Of a stretch of DNA of 64,000 bases, positions 50,850-64,000 are shown piece after piece. The DNA is from Raillietiella orientalis (Eukaryota), in NCBI GenBank assembly GCA_036172245.1, contig JAYWIR010000012.1:2542001-2606000 (forward strand), read 5' to 3'. How positions within the stretch are numbered: the first letter of the stretch is position 1; each line of letters begins with the position of its first letter. Under the pieces are notes generated by a model, which saw only the letters and a program-made list of their open reading frames with translations, searched no databases and was not told the origin of the DNA. A program made the translations under genes and the position numbers.

Positions 50850-53800
50850 TGCCGCGGCGCTCAGTACGCCGAAAGCTCCCCACTAACGTTCCTCCGGACC
50901 TTGAGTTCTGAGGGTCGTGAGGAACTGTCTGGGACCGCTCTCGCATCCCTCTTAACCCCCTCACTCCCTAGCAGCGCCCCCTTGCCCGCCGCATAGCCGT
51001 CCACCTGCAGCCTGCGCGGCAATCGAGAGGCGGCGGTTCCGCGGCGCTCTTCTGCGCATGTCTACAGAGAAGTAGTGCGCGGCCATGGCTGAGGGGTTTT
51101 TCACTCAGTTTCCCTTCCCCATCTACCAAGGAAACGCACTTCGAAGCGAGGCGAATGCCTCCACCAATCCGCAGATCCGGGAAGGGTCTCCAGGACTGCG
51201 TACCCAATCCGCTCGCTCTTCGGATAGAGCCAGCAAGAGCTCCAGACCACTCGTCCGAGAGCCCGGAAGGAAGCTGATTCCCTAGACGAAGACATAGGAA
51301 GCGACATTGAATCCCGAATTTCGGAAGCGCACCCTGGAAGAAGTCGTGGCAGGTTGGATGCCCCAAACGCAGCGTCCAAGCAGAGCTGGAGATCTGTCGG
51401 TCGCGATGGCGACTTCCTGGAAACAAGCTGGTTCCAGGTCAGCTTCCTGAGAGCGGGAGAAGTCAATCGGCGCCTCACACGGTAAATGAAAGAACTGCTG
51501 GAAGAAGCCCCCTTTGCCCCGGGCTTCCGGATCCTTCGATTCGGCGAGGAATTGCGTCCGGGAACCGTAGGTTCCAGGAAACCGGGGAACCCGTCCCTCC
51601 ACTTCCCTTTGGGTCGTCCTCCTTTTCCTTCGGAGTTCCAGAGCTCATGTGGCGCGCATACCTGCTCGCTGCCGCTTAGAGCGTGCGCTCCGGCTAAACT
51701 CCCAAGACGTCGGGATCCGGGAGCCAAGCTCTCGCTTCCCGGACTGCGTCCGTGGGCACGTCATCCTCAGCCCCGCTTCTCGTGACCGCTGTCTCTGCTT
51801 CCCCCTACCCCCCGCATCTGCTTCGACGTGACGGCCATCTGCCGCACTGCCAAACTTCCCTTTAATGGATATCGAAAGATAACGCGGCAGCAGTTACTGC
51901 ACATTCGGCCGTGTGTGCGCACCCGGGGTGGTGGTTTCTCGCATTTCACCGATGCGGATAACGCCATGCGTCTCCGTGACCCTGGGTACTGCAGAGACGC
52001 GCCGTCTGCGACGTGGAGACAGCTCTCGGAGCCAAAAGGGAGAGGAGAAAAGAAGGGGGTTCCGCCTTCCATGATGGGAAGGAGAATCCTTCCGGCTATC
52101 TTCCGGAGGCCCTTGGGCGATGGAAGAGGTCGAGGGCTATCCAAGGAGGGTTCTGGCAAGGTACAGTACCGGGTTCGCCGTTTAATGACCACCTCGCGCT
52201 CAGCGTGCCGGTCTCCTGGTCGCTGGTTTCCAAAAGAGGGCTTCGAACCATCACCACCGCAGCAAAAATCTGCATCCATCCAGTAACGCCGCCAGTGCTG
52301 AAGAAGCCCTTCTACCGCGACAGCTGACCGACCACGGCGTGGGAGGAGACGTATGTGTTCTCGGGTCGTCCGTCGAACCCACCTACCCCTCCACCAGTGT
52401 ACGGTTCTCCGCTTGCTGCGCCACCTACGCTCATTGGCGCGATGCAATTTCGACTGTTTCCCCGATGACACCGCGAATCGCTTCCCGAGCCTCACCGTCG
52501 TCACCGCTTAAGGTTTGGTGCCCAGCTTTTCCCCTTTCTTGAAGGAGGTCTAGCAGAAGAGTCCCTTCTCCTAAAGGAGGAGTAAAGGGAGAGGGACTCT
52601 CTGGTCTCTTTTTCTGGACATCTTCTAGGATAGGAACCTAGAAGAGCAAGAGAGGGACCATCTGAAGTGCTGGTAGGTTTCTCAGAGGATTCTCGCATGG
52701 GGGACGAACGTGTTCTTCGGCGGCGGAGGGGTGAGCTGTGTTCACTCCTCCGCAGGCCGAAGAAACAGGCCTGGTGAAGCTCCCACAAACCTCGAAGTGC
52801 CTTCTGTGCCGCGCAGGATAACTTGGGATGACCCAGAATGCTCTCTGCTTTCCTTCCCTTTCCCCTGCGGCGGCCCGTTTGCAAAGAGCGTGACGTGCCG
52901 CAAAGCCGGACCACCCCGACATTAGGCAGAGGGCGCTGTGGGAGATCGAGGATGGGGAGCCTCAGCGAGGGGACGAAACTCGGAACCCTCTCAAGAGCCA
53001 AGGACCCGTCTCGAAGACCATCGTCGTCCGTGGAATCAGGGGTCGACCTCCCTGACTACGGAAGTCTCTGTGGCTCCTCCAGGAGAGAGTCCGCCGACCC
53101 CTGCCTCTCGATAGAGAGCACGCTCTTTCTGTTTCATTTGCTGCCTCGTTCCGTTACAGCAAACCCTCCTCTTAGAATCGCTCCTCGGCAGCTCCAATTC
53201 CCTCTTCCAAGAGTGGGTCTTCTTCTTAGCCATCGGGCACGGGTCCCGGAGAAGGCCACGACTCTTTTCCGAAGGGACGTCCAAGGAACGAATGAGCTGG
53301 CTGCGCCTAACCAGATCGGTGGGTGTCCACGGAGACTCTGTTGCCTTTCTTTTTTCTCAAGGAGGGAGGACTTCCGGTGGGTGGCAGCCTGAAGAATTGA
53401 CTCCACGAAGAGCTTCGAGGCATCCGCGCTAACGCCCCAAAGGCGCAGATTCGAGCTTATCTTCTAGAAGCGTCCTTCGTCCTTAACCTCCTTTTGTTTT
53501 GCTTCAGGGCTCGTCCCGGTAAATCTAAATGTCCCGAAGGGGGGAATGGGGGCACGCGCGCGCGCTTCCTTGAAGGATTCGGCCTGATGACGTCAGAGGC
53601 AAGCCCGCTGCTGCCGGACCCGCGAATTCCTAAGACTTCTCGGGAGGAGGCGGGGAGCTGGCAAGAACAGGGCCATTTCCGATGCAGCCTCCGGAGCCGC
53701 GTCCAACGAGTTCTCCTCGTCGGAGCCACGAAGCTGTCCCTCATGCCTCGCGAGAGAACGGAGTCGAGCTCTCCCTCCTTGCCTTCTCCTCTGGGACGCT

Positions 53801-53950
53801 GGGTTTCCAAGGACGCACCTTCTGTCAGTGGTTGCCGAGAGAACCGGTCAGCCGCCCTGATTAATGGAACTTCTATGTGTCCCTCTTTTGTTTCCTTCCA
53901 GACGGTAGGTTTCCGCTCCGCTTGGCACTTTCTGCTGAGCCTACCTTCAT
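50850..53950 (-). mobile_element. Degenerate, near-complete LINE ORF2 (APE endonuclease and RT), Jockey/I-like
   Basis: HIEVPLI, GHPPIWL (~SDH.PV.L), RKAESI, GLRKIAGRILLP...SPLPFG (~LGKI.ERI.L...SP.QFG), ALSFDI+KGKFGS (~LDIKGAFD, ~51850-51885), EGRVPR (~AGVPQ), WTLRLG, GYAVLE...WWRH, ALLLCR, in the correct order. Confidence 0.7.
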
Positions 53951-54599
53951 CGCGAGAGAAGGGGACTCTCGGGCGATCACTGCCTCTGCCCCCTGCTTTC
54001 TTCTCTTCCTCTTCCCCTTCCTCCATCATTTCCCCGTTCTCCCTTTTTCCTGTTTCTTCGTCTCCTCCTCCTTACAGAAGCTGGTACGGAGGAGACCCCC
54101 ATCCGTGGTTGCATGCCCACTTCCGAGAGCGCTGTTGCACAAGGAGGGGGTGAGCGTGCCTTGTGGTGCACTCGCTTTGTCAATTCCCCACTCTCTCCCG
54201 CCCCCACTCTCATCCGCCGTTCCTCCCAGGCTTACTTCGGCGAAGCAGAGATGCGCATTCCACCTGGCGGGCCTTAGGGAACGGTCATGAGCTCTCCTTC
54301 CTCACGGCTTCCTCCTTCTAGAGGACGAGGCGGCCTGCTAGAAAACATCCTCCTCCTCCTCCTTCTCCCTTCTTCCTCCTCCTCCCTCGCGCGCACCGCT
54401 CGAGAACGCTCTGTGTGGGATCACGGATCCTGGAAGCGTCAGGGGTCTTGGCTGCTCCCTCCAGAAGATGGAAGAAAGCGGCGAGGGAAGGGAACACTCA
54501 AGAAGAGGCCCAAATACGAGGCTACGGAAGTCGACCAGCTGAGGCGTCCTCCCTCTCGGGCTAAAAGCCGCCCGCTGCTTCGACGAAGGCAGTAGCGGC

Positions 54600-55180
54600 A
54601 CCGTGAACGTTGCTGTGGTCCGCCCACGTGACGATCCTCTGCCGATCCCTTCCCGTTCTCCCAGGCCCTCTCTTGCCCACGTGGAGAAAGATCGCTGACC
54701 TCTTGCATAGCCGGAAGAAGAGTTAGACCCTCCTCGTGGGATTGCCTCGAGGAGGGTCAAAATCTCTGCTTCCTCGGACAGCGTCGTCTTCAGCTGAGGG
54801 TGGACACACGATCTCCCGAGGCACCTAGGGGGAAACACACCAGGAGGATGAGCTCGTGGGAGGCATCCCGGTGAACGGGATGGGCCCCTCGAAGCAGGGC
54901 CTGCTTGTAAGCAACCGCGGGAGGAAAATATCCAGAAGCGAAGACATGAGGACACAGTGGGAAGGTGGGGGTGGAGGAACCCACCTTCCCGTTTTTCGCT
55001 TCCCATTTTACCCCCGGAAGGACCAGCCGCAGGGAAGTATTGGCGTTGCTTTTTCCCATCGTGCAGCCAGCCAGGGCGACGGATTCTTCCGCCCCGAAGG
55101 GGTCCCCGGATGTTCACCCTGCATTCCTGAGGAGGGCGAGGATTTCTCCTAATCTCTTCATCAGACACCGGCATTCCTGA
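54600..55180 (-). mobile_element. Possible LINE RT N-terminal fragment
   Basis: PVSDEEI, GVFPP...VHPQLK, FDP..N, TLLPAM. Confidence 0.4.
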
Positions 55181-55849
55181 CTCGGGTCGGCGGGCGTAAA
55201 TCGCGACGGAAACGCTGCTGCACCCCCCAAGGCCGCTGCCGCCGCTGGGAAGGAAAGACCTCTTGGAAGTAAAGCGGTCAGCGGGGACATCGCGTGTGTC
55301 CGTGACGCAGCGGCAGCCAATCAGTATCTTGGCCCCTCGCCATCCCCTCCACCTCAGGCGGGGAAGGAGGGTCCAAATCTCTCCTCCAGTCTGTATCCCG
55401 GGACAGGGACTCCGGCGGTACTTCCTCCTCCCTCATCTACAGCATAAGGGCGGCCGTCGCCGAGAGGAGCGAGGCGAGGTACAGTCTGGAAGAGGGGATG
55501 CAAGCGGAACAGGAGGGAGGAGCAGAGGAGGAGGAAGAATTTTCGTTTGTCCGGGACTCGAGGGTCGATGGAAGGGAGGGAAGGGGAAACGAAGGGTGGT
55601 CCGCTCGGAGGAGGGAAGATGCTCCATCGGGCGAATTGACCTTTGCCCATACGCGATCCGCCCACCCTCCGGGCGGAAGTGCCCATAGAGTTAGTGAGTG
55701 AACGAGCGCGCTTCTCGTTCCCAGAGCCCTCCGTGCGGCGCGCCTTCTCCGGGCGAAACGCGGAGGCTGCTTCCTGGGGCCTGCGCAAGCGTCTGGTGGC
55801 TCGTGGGCTGACAGCGGGAGGCCCCTCGGGGCCCCGCAGCCTCTCGTAG

Positions 55850-57300
55850 CTGCGTTCTCCCCCCTCCAAGGAGCGTTACCGTGGATCCCGTTGTCGGGAG
55901 AAAGACAGTGCCTCTCTTGAGATGCTCCGTCCCTCCCACCCTTCCCCGAGTGCACGTACACCCCGGGAAACGGGCCTGGAGAGATGGAGACACACGGAGG
56001 CTCCAGGTCTCCTCCACTGGTGGGAGGAAGCGAAGAAGGCACGCCAGGAGAGGACCCGAGCTCCTGGAACACCCCGCTTGCTCAGGAAGAAGCGGAGACG
56101 GGGTGGGAACGAAAGGTGGTTCATCTGGCGCTCCCGCAAAGCAGAGCGGGGGGAACCACCCAATGAGGGAGATGGCGCTAGCGATGCCGCGGTCACGGAG
56201 GACAGCAACAGGATGAGAAAAAGCTCTTCTATCTCCCGGGAGCGGGCGCTGGCGACGGACGAGGGGCCGGGAAGCGGCAGAGACGGCAAAATGGTGGAGC
56301 AACCTGCGGTAAAGATGGGCTCTCGGGCAGGAGCAGGCTCAAGGAGCAGGGCAGGGGAGAAGGGGAAAGTAAAAGATCAGGCGACGACTCGTCGCGGCGT
56401 CCCATCTGCGGCGGCGGAAATGCGGAGGAGTTCGAGGAAGGTGGCTGCAGAGAGGGAGGCTGACCTACCTACCGGATGGATCCTTGAGCAGACAGCACCG
56501 TTCCCGGCAGCGGGATTAAACAGGAAGAAGGGACGATCTTTCCGCATCGTTGAAAGTGCATGTGGCGATACTTGCTTGGCGCCCCAGTCCATCCTGGTGC
56601 CCGTAAGATGTGCTGGCCGGTTGGGGCGTGCACTCCCGGGTCTTGCGTGCCCACAGGGCAGAAGGGATGCACCCGTCGGGAAGCGAGGGAAGAAAAAAAA
56701 AAGTTGATCATCGGAGAGCCTGGAGAGAGGTCGGCGGCACCAACGAGAAGACCCTTGGAGGCACAGAGGAGGAACCGGCAGATGGAGCCCACACCGGGAA
56801 CACCACCACCTTCCGCCAGGTCAGAGAAGTTGAGAAGGGTCGCACCTGGACAGGGTGACCTCCAGAAATCCCTCTCCCCTTCCTTCAAAGAGAAATTCCG
56901 CGAGCGAGCGGAATGCCCAGCCGTTACCTTCTGCGCTCTCCCCCTCCCCCTCTCCCCTTCCGCCTCCGCTTTTTGTTTCCCGACGCGCGTCCAGAGCAGC
57001 GTGAAGACTCCTTTCGCTCGAGGGACCCGAAAGGAAGAGCCCGCGTCAGGAAAAAATTTGACTCTCGACTTGGTAAATCCAGATGAGTCCGCAGGTTCTC
57101 CATCCCTCCCGCAGGAATCTCCACGGCCATTGTCAGGGGGGCTCCCCTAATCGGTTGCTGGGCTCCCCGCAAGAGGAAAATCCCATAGAAAGCGCAGAGG
57201 AAGAGAGGGTGCTGCAAAGCCCCCGAAAATCGGCCTTCTATAATCCACTAGAGTGCGCGAGGGAGCCAATCCTATTAGGGAACAATTGGATTTCGGTGGT
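55850..57300 (+). mobile_element. Degenerate Ty3/gypsy pol (RT, RNase H, integrase)
   Basis: RKTVP, LLEH, EADLPTGWILEQ, WRYLLG, NLTLDLV, GSPNRL, SAFYNP, in order. Confidence 0.5.
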
Positions 57301-58544
57301 TTCAGGATTTTCTTCTCTTTGATAGGGGGGGGGGAGTTCGGGAGGGGGCGAGAAAAAAAAGGGGGGGAGGATGGGGGCGGGAAAGAATTGCACACTTTTT
57401 CTTCTTTTCTTCGCCCCCTTGCTTTCCCCTCTTCCGTGGGTGGTTTCGCTTCGGGGAAGCGCGGGGCGGCCCCCTTCTTCGCGACTGTTCACTTCTCAGG
57501 TCCTCGGCATTCCCAGGATCGTTGCATCGGCCGTAGCAGGTCGTCCTGAGGGCAGCAGAGGAACGGGGGCACCCACGCAGGACAGCATGCCGATCTACAG
57601 GGATGGAGACCTCCTACTCCGCCGCCCGCGCTTCTTCTTTTGCTGTTGCTAATGGGGGGATGCAGGTGCTGATGCCTTTCCACCCTCCTCGGAGCGCCGC
57701 CCTCCGGATGGCACCGAACGCCCATGTGCAGCTGCACGCGTGCCATCTCCCCCACGTGGCTGCGAAACGCCCTCCTTCGGAAGTATTCCAGGATGGCAGC
57801 CAACTGGAACCCACACGAACGGGACGCACTCCTCGCGGGCACAGACTGTCCGCGGCGGGAAGGGGAGAGGGCGAACCATCGTTCGGAAGCAGCCGAGAGT
57901 AGCGAGCGGCCGAACGCTTTCCCGAGGATCTTCTCCGCCCTCCCCCACCGCAGCATCCGGGATGGAGCGAGCTGCCCCGCCCCCTTCCTTCCCGTTCGTG
58001 GTCGGCAGCAGAGCGCACGCGACCGAGCAGCCATCCAGGGATCCCGAGTGCCTTGGAAGGAACCGCCAGCTTCCGGCATCTGCAGCGGCCGCACACACCA
58101 TCGGCACCTTCCTTTTCCTCCTCAGCACGTGCGCGCGCCCGTGATGACTCTCCAAGGACACGTGGGTCGCTTCGCGCGGACTCTCCCCGTGCAGGAGTGA
58201 AGCACATAAGTGAAGCACTGCGGTTCCCTCGCCGCGGAACGCGGCCGCATGCCGCCAGGGAAGTCAACTCTGTTGGACGCGCCGCAGGACCCTCCGCCGA
58301 GACACTCTTCAAGGAATTGCTTCCCATCGTCTTCCCCAAGATGACGGGCTGCCCCAGCCACCGACAAGGCAGAGGACTCTCTCGCGTCGGTTCCTCATCC
58401 TCGCTGCTGCCGTTCGCACGAGTGACGAGGATTAGCGCGCAAGAAGAAGCGGCTGGGAGCATCCCCAGTCTCGTGTCACCCCTACTTTCTCTTGCGCGTC
58501 TTCACACACGGTCGGAGGCGCAAGAGCGGAACCCAACAGAATGG

Positions 58545-58705
58545 GAAAGAAGAGGAAGAAAAGTGGAAGATGAATAAAATTGGTGGAGGAGGAATAGATG
58601 GAAGAAGAATGAAGGAGGATGGAATGGTAGCAGCAGCAGGAAGAAGTGGAGGAGAAGTGGAGGAGGAATGGAATAGGAGGAAGAATAACTGAATAGGAAG
58701 GGAAT
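58545..58705. repeat. Polypurine low-complexity tract (GGA/GAA)
   Basis: Directly visible. Confidence 0.85.
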
Positions 58706-60839
58706 GAGAACCGCAGCTGCAGAAGGAGGAACAGTACATGTTTTCAGAGGTTCCTCCGAATTGCCCCGAGAGCGCGGAAGACCCCATCGTCGCAGACAAA
58801 CCCGAGCTCTGCTCTTCAGAGTTTTTTTCATCACCCACGAAAAAAGATCAGAACCCTCCGGAGCTTGCTTCTGCAGCCTCTGTGGATGCTGTCTTGTAGA
58901 TGGACGCGAAAGTGGAACTTTCCTTCTCCTCCTCCGAGGAAGAAGGCGGAAGTCTGGAGGGAAAGAAAGGCGGTCAGCCGGTAGCGGAAGCGTGCGGGAA
59001 ATTGACGCGAAGAAAAAAGGGGAGGAAAGAGGGGGGGAAGGGGGTGGAAGAGAGAAGAGACGAGTTCCGGAAGGGGAGGGGAAAGGAGTGAAAGAACAAA
59101 AGAAAAGAAAAGTAGGCAGGCCGCTCTTTCCTATAATCCCTCCTCGCTTCCCGTGCCATGGTCGCATGGAAGGAGCCCTGCGTCTCCCGAATTAGACTGC
59201 TCCTTTAATTTCCCCTCCCAACGATTTCAATCAGGAATTCACTATTTCGAAACGATGCGATGGTTCGCCCCTTTGAAGGGCGGGGGATCGCATTATTTAT
59301 GGGGTCTTCTACAAAAGTGCTAAATGATAACATGGGGACCATGAAAGGATTAATCTGTACGAGTTTGTCTGTTGCATTAGAGGAATTGCCCCGCCGATCG
59401 ATCCGTGCCGTTTCGACCCCCGTGTTTTCGGGAGGAATCGCTCCCCTTCCCTTTCCTCTCCTCCCTCCTCTTCCTCGTGCTCTCACTTTTTTTGCGCACG
59501 TTCCTCTTCCGCTGTTGAGGCCGCAGCAGTTCATTTGAATCAAGGAAACCGGAGGGATTATCAGGACCATCACGGGGATCCCCTTTTAGGCAGGGGGAGG
59601 AGAAGGGGGGGGACGAAAATTCTTCTTGTAAGTACCGCTTTATTTAGAATCACAGGAGACGGAGGGAGAGAGAAGGGACTGCCTGCACGGGAAGACTCGG
59701 GATAATTAAGAGCGTCCCATTTCGTGTTTTTCCTAGGCAACCCATTTGTTCCTCGCAACCATAATAGGCTCCCCCCATTTCCGAAGTGAGGGATGATGCC
59801 GCGAGGCAGAAGGAGGGGGGAGGGAAGAGGAGGCGGAAGGGCAGGAAAGGAGGGATTTTTTGGAGAGGGAGAGGACGGGATCTCCGCCAAGGAGGTGTCC
59901 CTTTGTCAGCAGGAAAGCTCCCTGGATCCTCCCTACGCGGCTACTGGGAGCAGTTGCGACCGCAACGGTCAGCGACGGCATTATCCTTGGTAAGCGCCAA
60001 GGATTTTATCGTGACTGGACAAAAGTGGAGGAGGAGGGGGAAGGGGGTGGAAGAGGACAGCAGCTCGAACTAACGAGCGATGCCGGCCGAGAGAGAATGC
60101 AGCCAGATTTAATGGCACAGCGGAGGCGCGGCCTCCCATCATCCCGTTTCAACGTTGCAATTAATCGAGCGGGGCGCTTTCCCCCTCGGAGGCAAATGGA
60201 GGACCGAACCGGACATTCGTCTCGCATCTGCCAGCCACCGGTCCTGATTTTCCTCTCGAAAGCCCATGGACCACGCCACCTCGGCCCGGAGCTAGTGTCG
60301 TGGCCGAGGGCGACTGTTCCCTCCTCCCTCGATGCGCCCTCGGACGGGAAACCTCGTTTTGAGCTGTGGTGGCGGGAGAAGTCAGCCGCCAGTCCCAGAG
60401 CCTACCCGGGATGCGCGAGCCCATGCGAGGAAAAAAGTCGAGCCGAGAGAAGCACCGTGGGGACTTTCCCAGTTTCTCGCGAGTCGGCTGGACCGAGATC
60501 CCGCAGGATCCCGTCTCCCGGGACGTCCGGCAGGCACGCGTCCGAGCTCGAGACGCCCGACTGCCTCGGTTTCGCGCGAGCGCGGGGGGAGAGCGGCCTT
60601 TCCATCAGGAAGAAGGGGGGCTGCGGGCAGCAAGTCCGCGAGTTGCGCCTCGAGAGGCGGGGGGGGGGGGGACGGAGGTTTCGTTCCGGAGCCGTTTGCA
60701 ACAAAGCGAGGGACGGGAGGAGGTCGCGGCACCAGAGTCAGTGGAGAGGACGGTGCCGGCTCTCCCGCGGCCGAGCTCGGGACTCCACCGTTCCTGGGAA
60801 ACCTCGTAGTTTAGGAAAGAGTGCCCAAGGAGGAGTAGG

Positions 60840-61300
60840 TATACTGGCTTGACGGGTAACGGGTTCCCCCCAATGACGGGGACGGGGGAAGCTCCTGCAC
60901 GCTTTTCACAGAAGGATCCCCATCGAAGGTTCCCTGATGCAGAACTGGTCCTGTGCTCCTTGGCGCTCCCCTCATTAGCGGGAGGGAGAAATGGAGTTCT
61001 CCGGGGGAAGCGAACACACCTTCGATGAATGCAATTCGGAAGGCAGCGAAAAAAAAATGGGCCGCCTACTACGGGCCGAGCACACACGCCACGCGCCGTG
61101 GGCTGTTCTCCACGATCTTTCCTGGGTCCCCAGGTGGAGAGCCGGCGGCTCTACGGAGGGACGCGTCGTCCTGAGGCGAAACTCTGGCTTCCAAGAGGAG
61201 GTGCGCAGCAGCAGCTGAGCGATCCAACGCCTCGTCCACCTCTCACCCCGACGTTCGCCCATCAGGGTGGGTGGGGTGCGAGAGGCCTCCCTTCCCCTTG
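60840..61300 (+). mobile_element. Possible LINE EN-RT linker fragment
   Basis: Single motif NAIRKAAKKKWAAYY (~AIR.AK..SW..F); weak. Confidence 0.25.
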
Positions 61301-61734
61301 TGCCCCCCCTCCCCACCAGGGAGACTCCCGCCGGGGGATTGCGGAAACCGGTGCTTGCGCGTACGTGTCTTCTCCTACCCATTCCTCCTCCTCCCCTTCC
61401 GTTCCGCCTCCTTTTAGCTCCTTGCGTGCGCGCGTGTGTGCGTGCGCGTTCCCTCCGCCGGAAGAAGTGTCGAAAATAATCTGGAACTAAAACATCCATT
61501 AACAGTGCATTGCCAAAATCTCTGGAAGGGAGAATCGAGTCATTAAACTTGGTCACATCTTTTTGTTCTTCCATTAATCTTGGATGAGGGACTTTTCCGT
61601 GTACGGGACAAGTCGTCGAGCAACCTGGGCACGTCATCGCGGAGAGCGCGCCGGTAATGGATTTTCGATGTATCCCTGTCGAGAGCAGTAAAACCACTTA
61701 GCAGGAAGAGAGACGCTGTGATTTTTCATCTCGT

Positions 61735-62085
61735 CCTCCCTTTTCCCTCCCTCTTCACCTCCTCCCCCTCTCCCTCATATTCTCCTTATCTGCTCCATGC
61801 CATCTCCGCCTCCTCCTCCTCCTTCTCCTCTACCTCGCGATTCCTCATTTTCGCTCTTTGCCTTTCTCCCTCTCATCCTTCATCCATCTCCCTTCTTCAT
61901 CCGTCCTCCCTTGCTTCTCTCTTCCTCCTCCCTTCCTTCCTTCTCCTCTTTCTCGTTTCCTCTCCTCTTCCTCCTCCTCCTCCTTCTATCTTCCTTTCTT
62001 CCTCCTCCATCTTTCCACCTTGTCCTCCCTTCCTTCTTTCTCCTTCTCCTCCCCCCTTCATTCCTCCTCCATCCCTCCTCCTCGT
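61735..62085. repeat. Polypyrimidine low-complexity tract (TCC/TTC)
   Basis: ~350 bp that is almost entirely C/T on the + strand. Confidence 0.9.
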
Positions 62086-64000
62086 CTTGTATCCACTGGA
62101 AATCGGTCTCAGGAACGAGTGCTTTCCACCTCCCTTAAGAACCTTTATCCTCCTGTCAGCCGTGGAGACTGAACGTTGGGAGATGAGTTCTCCTGGTTCC
62201 GAGGTGAACGCATGGCACTCCCGGGACCAGCTTGTTTCGAGAAATTTGTGATATGAAGGAGGAGGAGGGAGCCACACATGCGAAAAAGGGTGGGGAGGAA
62301 GGAACTGGTGAGCCAGGGACCTTCCACCGAGGCCGGCCGTATCCCGGCGAAGGAGGCCAAGGTCGCGTGAGGGGAGAGAGAAGGAAGGAAGATCTTGATG
62401 CTTTCTCTCTCTCTCTGGTCGTGTTCTCGGAGGAGACGGACACGCGGTGGGGAGGGAGAAGAGAAAGCGGAACTTCCAGTGCTCCCTTTCGGATCCCAGA
62501 GAGCTCCGGGGAGGCCAGCACCTCCCGGGGCTATCTGAGGAATCCATCGGCTGGGTTGCTGCAGTGAGTTCCTTTCTGCAGGACGAAACGACACTCCAGA
62601 AAGACAGGATACCTCGAATCCTTCTCGGGAAGGAGGGAAGAACAGGACAGAAAATCCATCAAGAACCCCCCTTCCTTTAATAATCCCCCCTGAGAGCACA
62701 CGGAGACCTTCTCTATGACCTCAGGGTGAACGTTTAGCGCTCATTCGTATGTGCACTCTAAGAACCCTACCGCTAGCTAAAAAGCTCCATGGGTTTCTTC
62801 CCGGCGGCACTGATCTGGATCAGGAAAAGGGAGCGCTTTTTTTGTTGTTGGTTTGTTTCTCGATCTTTCGTGGGTTTTTCGCTGAGACGGTCTTCCATCA
62901 GAAGTAGAAGGAACCTCTACCGAAGTTCGTGGCGCGACCGCCTCGCAGGAATCAAGGGGAAGGGGGAAGCGCTGCGGTTTCCAAGAGACGGTAGGTCCCG
63001 TTCTCCTTCGTTCTCGGGCCGGAAGCCGCAGATCGTCCTCTTGGTGCTTAGTACAGGAGCGCAGGGTGCCGGAGGGCGCATGTAGTCGGGCGCGTCTCTA
63101 CCACTTCTCTCCCTTCCCCTACACGAGAGAGGCGCACTCCCGGCGCTCTGAGGGGAAGCAGTGGCCCTCCGCTTCCACAGCCAGAGCCCACGAGACGCCC
63201 TGAGAGGTCTCGCGATCTCGTCCCAGAGAGAGGCGTTTCCTCCTCTCCCTTCCTCCTGGGCCTCTCCGCCGGTGCGCAAGGACTTCCCCTCCATTCCTTC
63301 CCTACTTCCCGAGCGAGCGGAAGGGCAGAGGAGGGAGCGGGGAGGAAGGGACGGCTCCCTGCAAGTGTGGTCGCTTTTCCTTCTCTCCACAAGCCACCTG
63401 CCGAGTCCCAGCTTCCGCATCCCTGCGGATCGCTCTCCAACCACGCGCGCGATCCCGCCCGCAGGAGGATCCTTCGGCGGTGGCGCAGCATCCCCGTCGT
63501 CGTCTCCTGGCCGCGTCCGGCAAGCTTGTCCGGAAAGACGGTGTTCCAGGACCACGGCACGGAATAAAGAAGAGAGAGAGAGAAGCTCGCGCACGCAGCA
63601 TCCGGCGGTGGACCCAAACCCACCCCTCCGCACGAGGGACAGGGTGAGTCCCGAGGGGGCGAAGAATGGCAGTCCGCGGTGCTGAGGGATGAAGATTTAC
63701 TGCGCTTCGGTTGCCAGGAGCAGAGCCGCTCGAGTCTCACCGCTAAGTGACAAGCCATCCCCTTAGAGGAGGGGGAAGGGCGCGCGCAGCCGTTCCTTGG
63801 TGTGGCCCGCTGGTGTTGCCGTGCGCCGCCGCCCTCCCTCCCAGCTGCTGCTACTGCGGCTGTGGAGCGATTCGTCTCTGTCGCCGCCAACCTCCCGATC
63901 TCCCCTCCCCTCCCCGTCCCCGTCACTCCCCCTTCCTACCGAGGATGCCTCCTCCAGTTCCCGACTTGGGATCCCACTCGCACGGTGCTGCAGAGGCTGC

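Overview
This is GC-rich, CpG-rich eukaryotic DNA, most likely from an animal and probably an arthropod (inferred from BEL/Pao, Jockey/I-like and Tx1/L1-like remnants, abundant microsatellites and no visible CpG depletion). I can see no intact protein-coding gene, rRNA, tRNA or CRISPR array, and the long ORFs in the track are GC-content artefacts. The window reads as a long intron or intergenic region. Roughly 40-45% (by eye) is heavily decayed, frameshifted retrotransposon sequence: about a dozen Ty3/gypsy pol fossils, one BEL/Pao integrase, two long Jockey/I-like LINE ORF2 fossils, and three 3' ends of a Tx1/L1-like LINE. These alternate with TE-free blocks rich in TAAT/ATTA and microsatellites. 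The main observations are: (1) a gypsy-derived family whose RNase H is interrupted by a ~400-550 bp module of degenerate ~36-40 bp tandem units (5 copies), plus a relative without the array; (2) a Tx1-like LINE that ends in conserved hairpins rather than poly(A); (3) + strand splice signals, including a candidate recursive AG|GT site and a 63-nt candidate exon. All protein-family calls come from manual motif reading across frameshifts, so boundaries are approximate (+/-100-200 bp).
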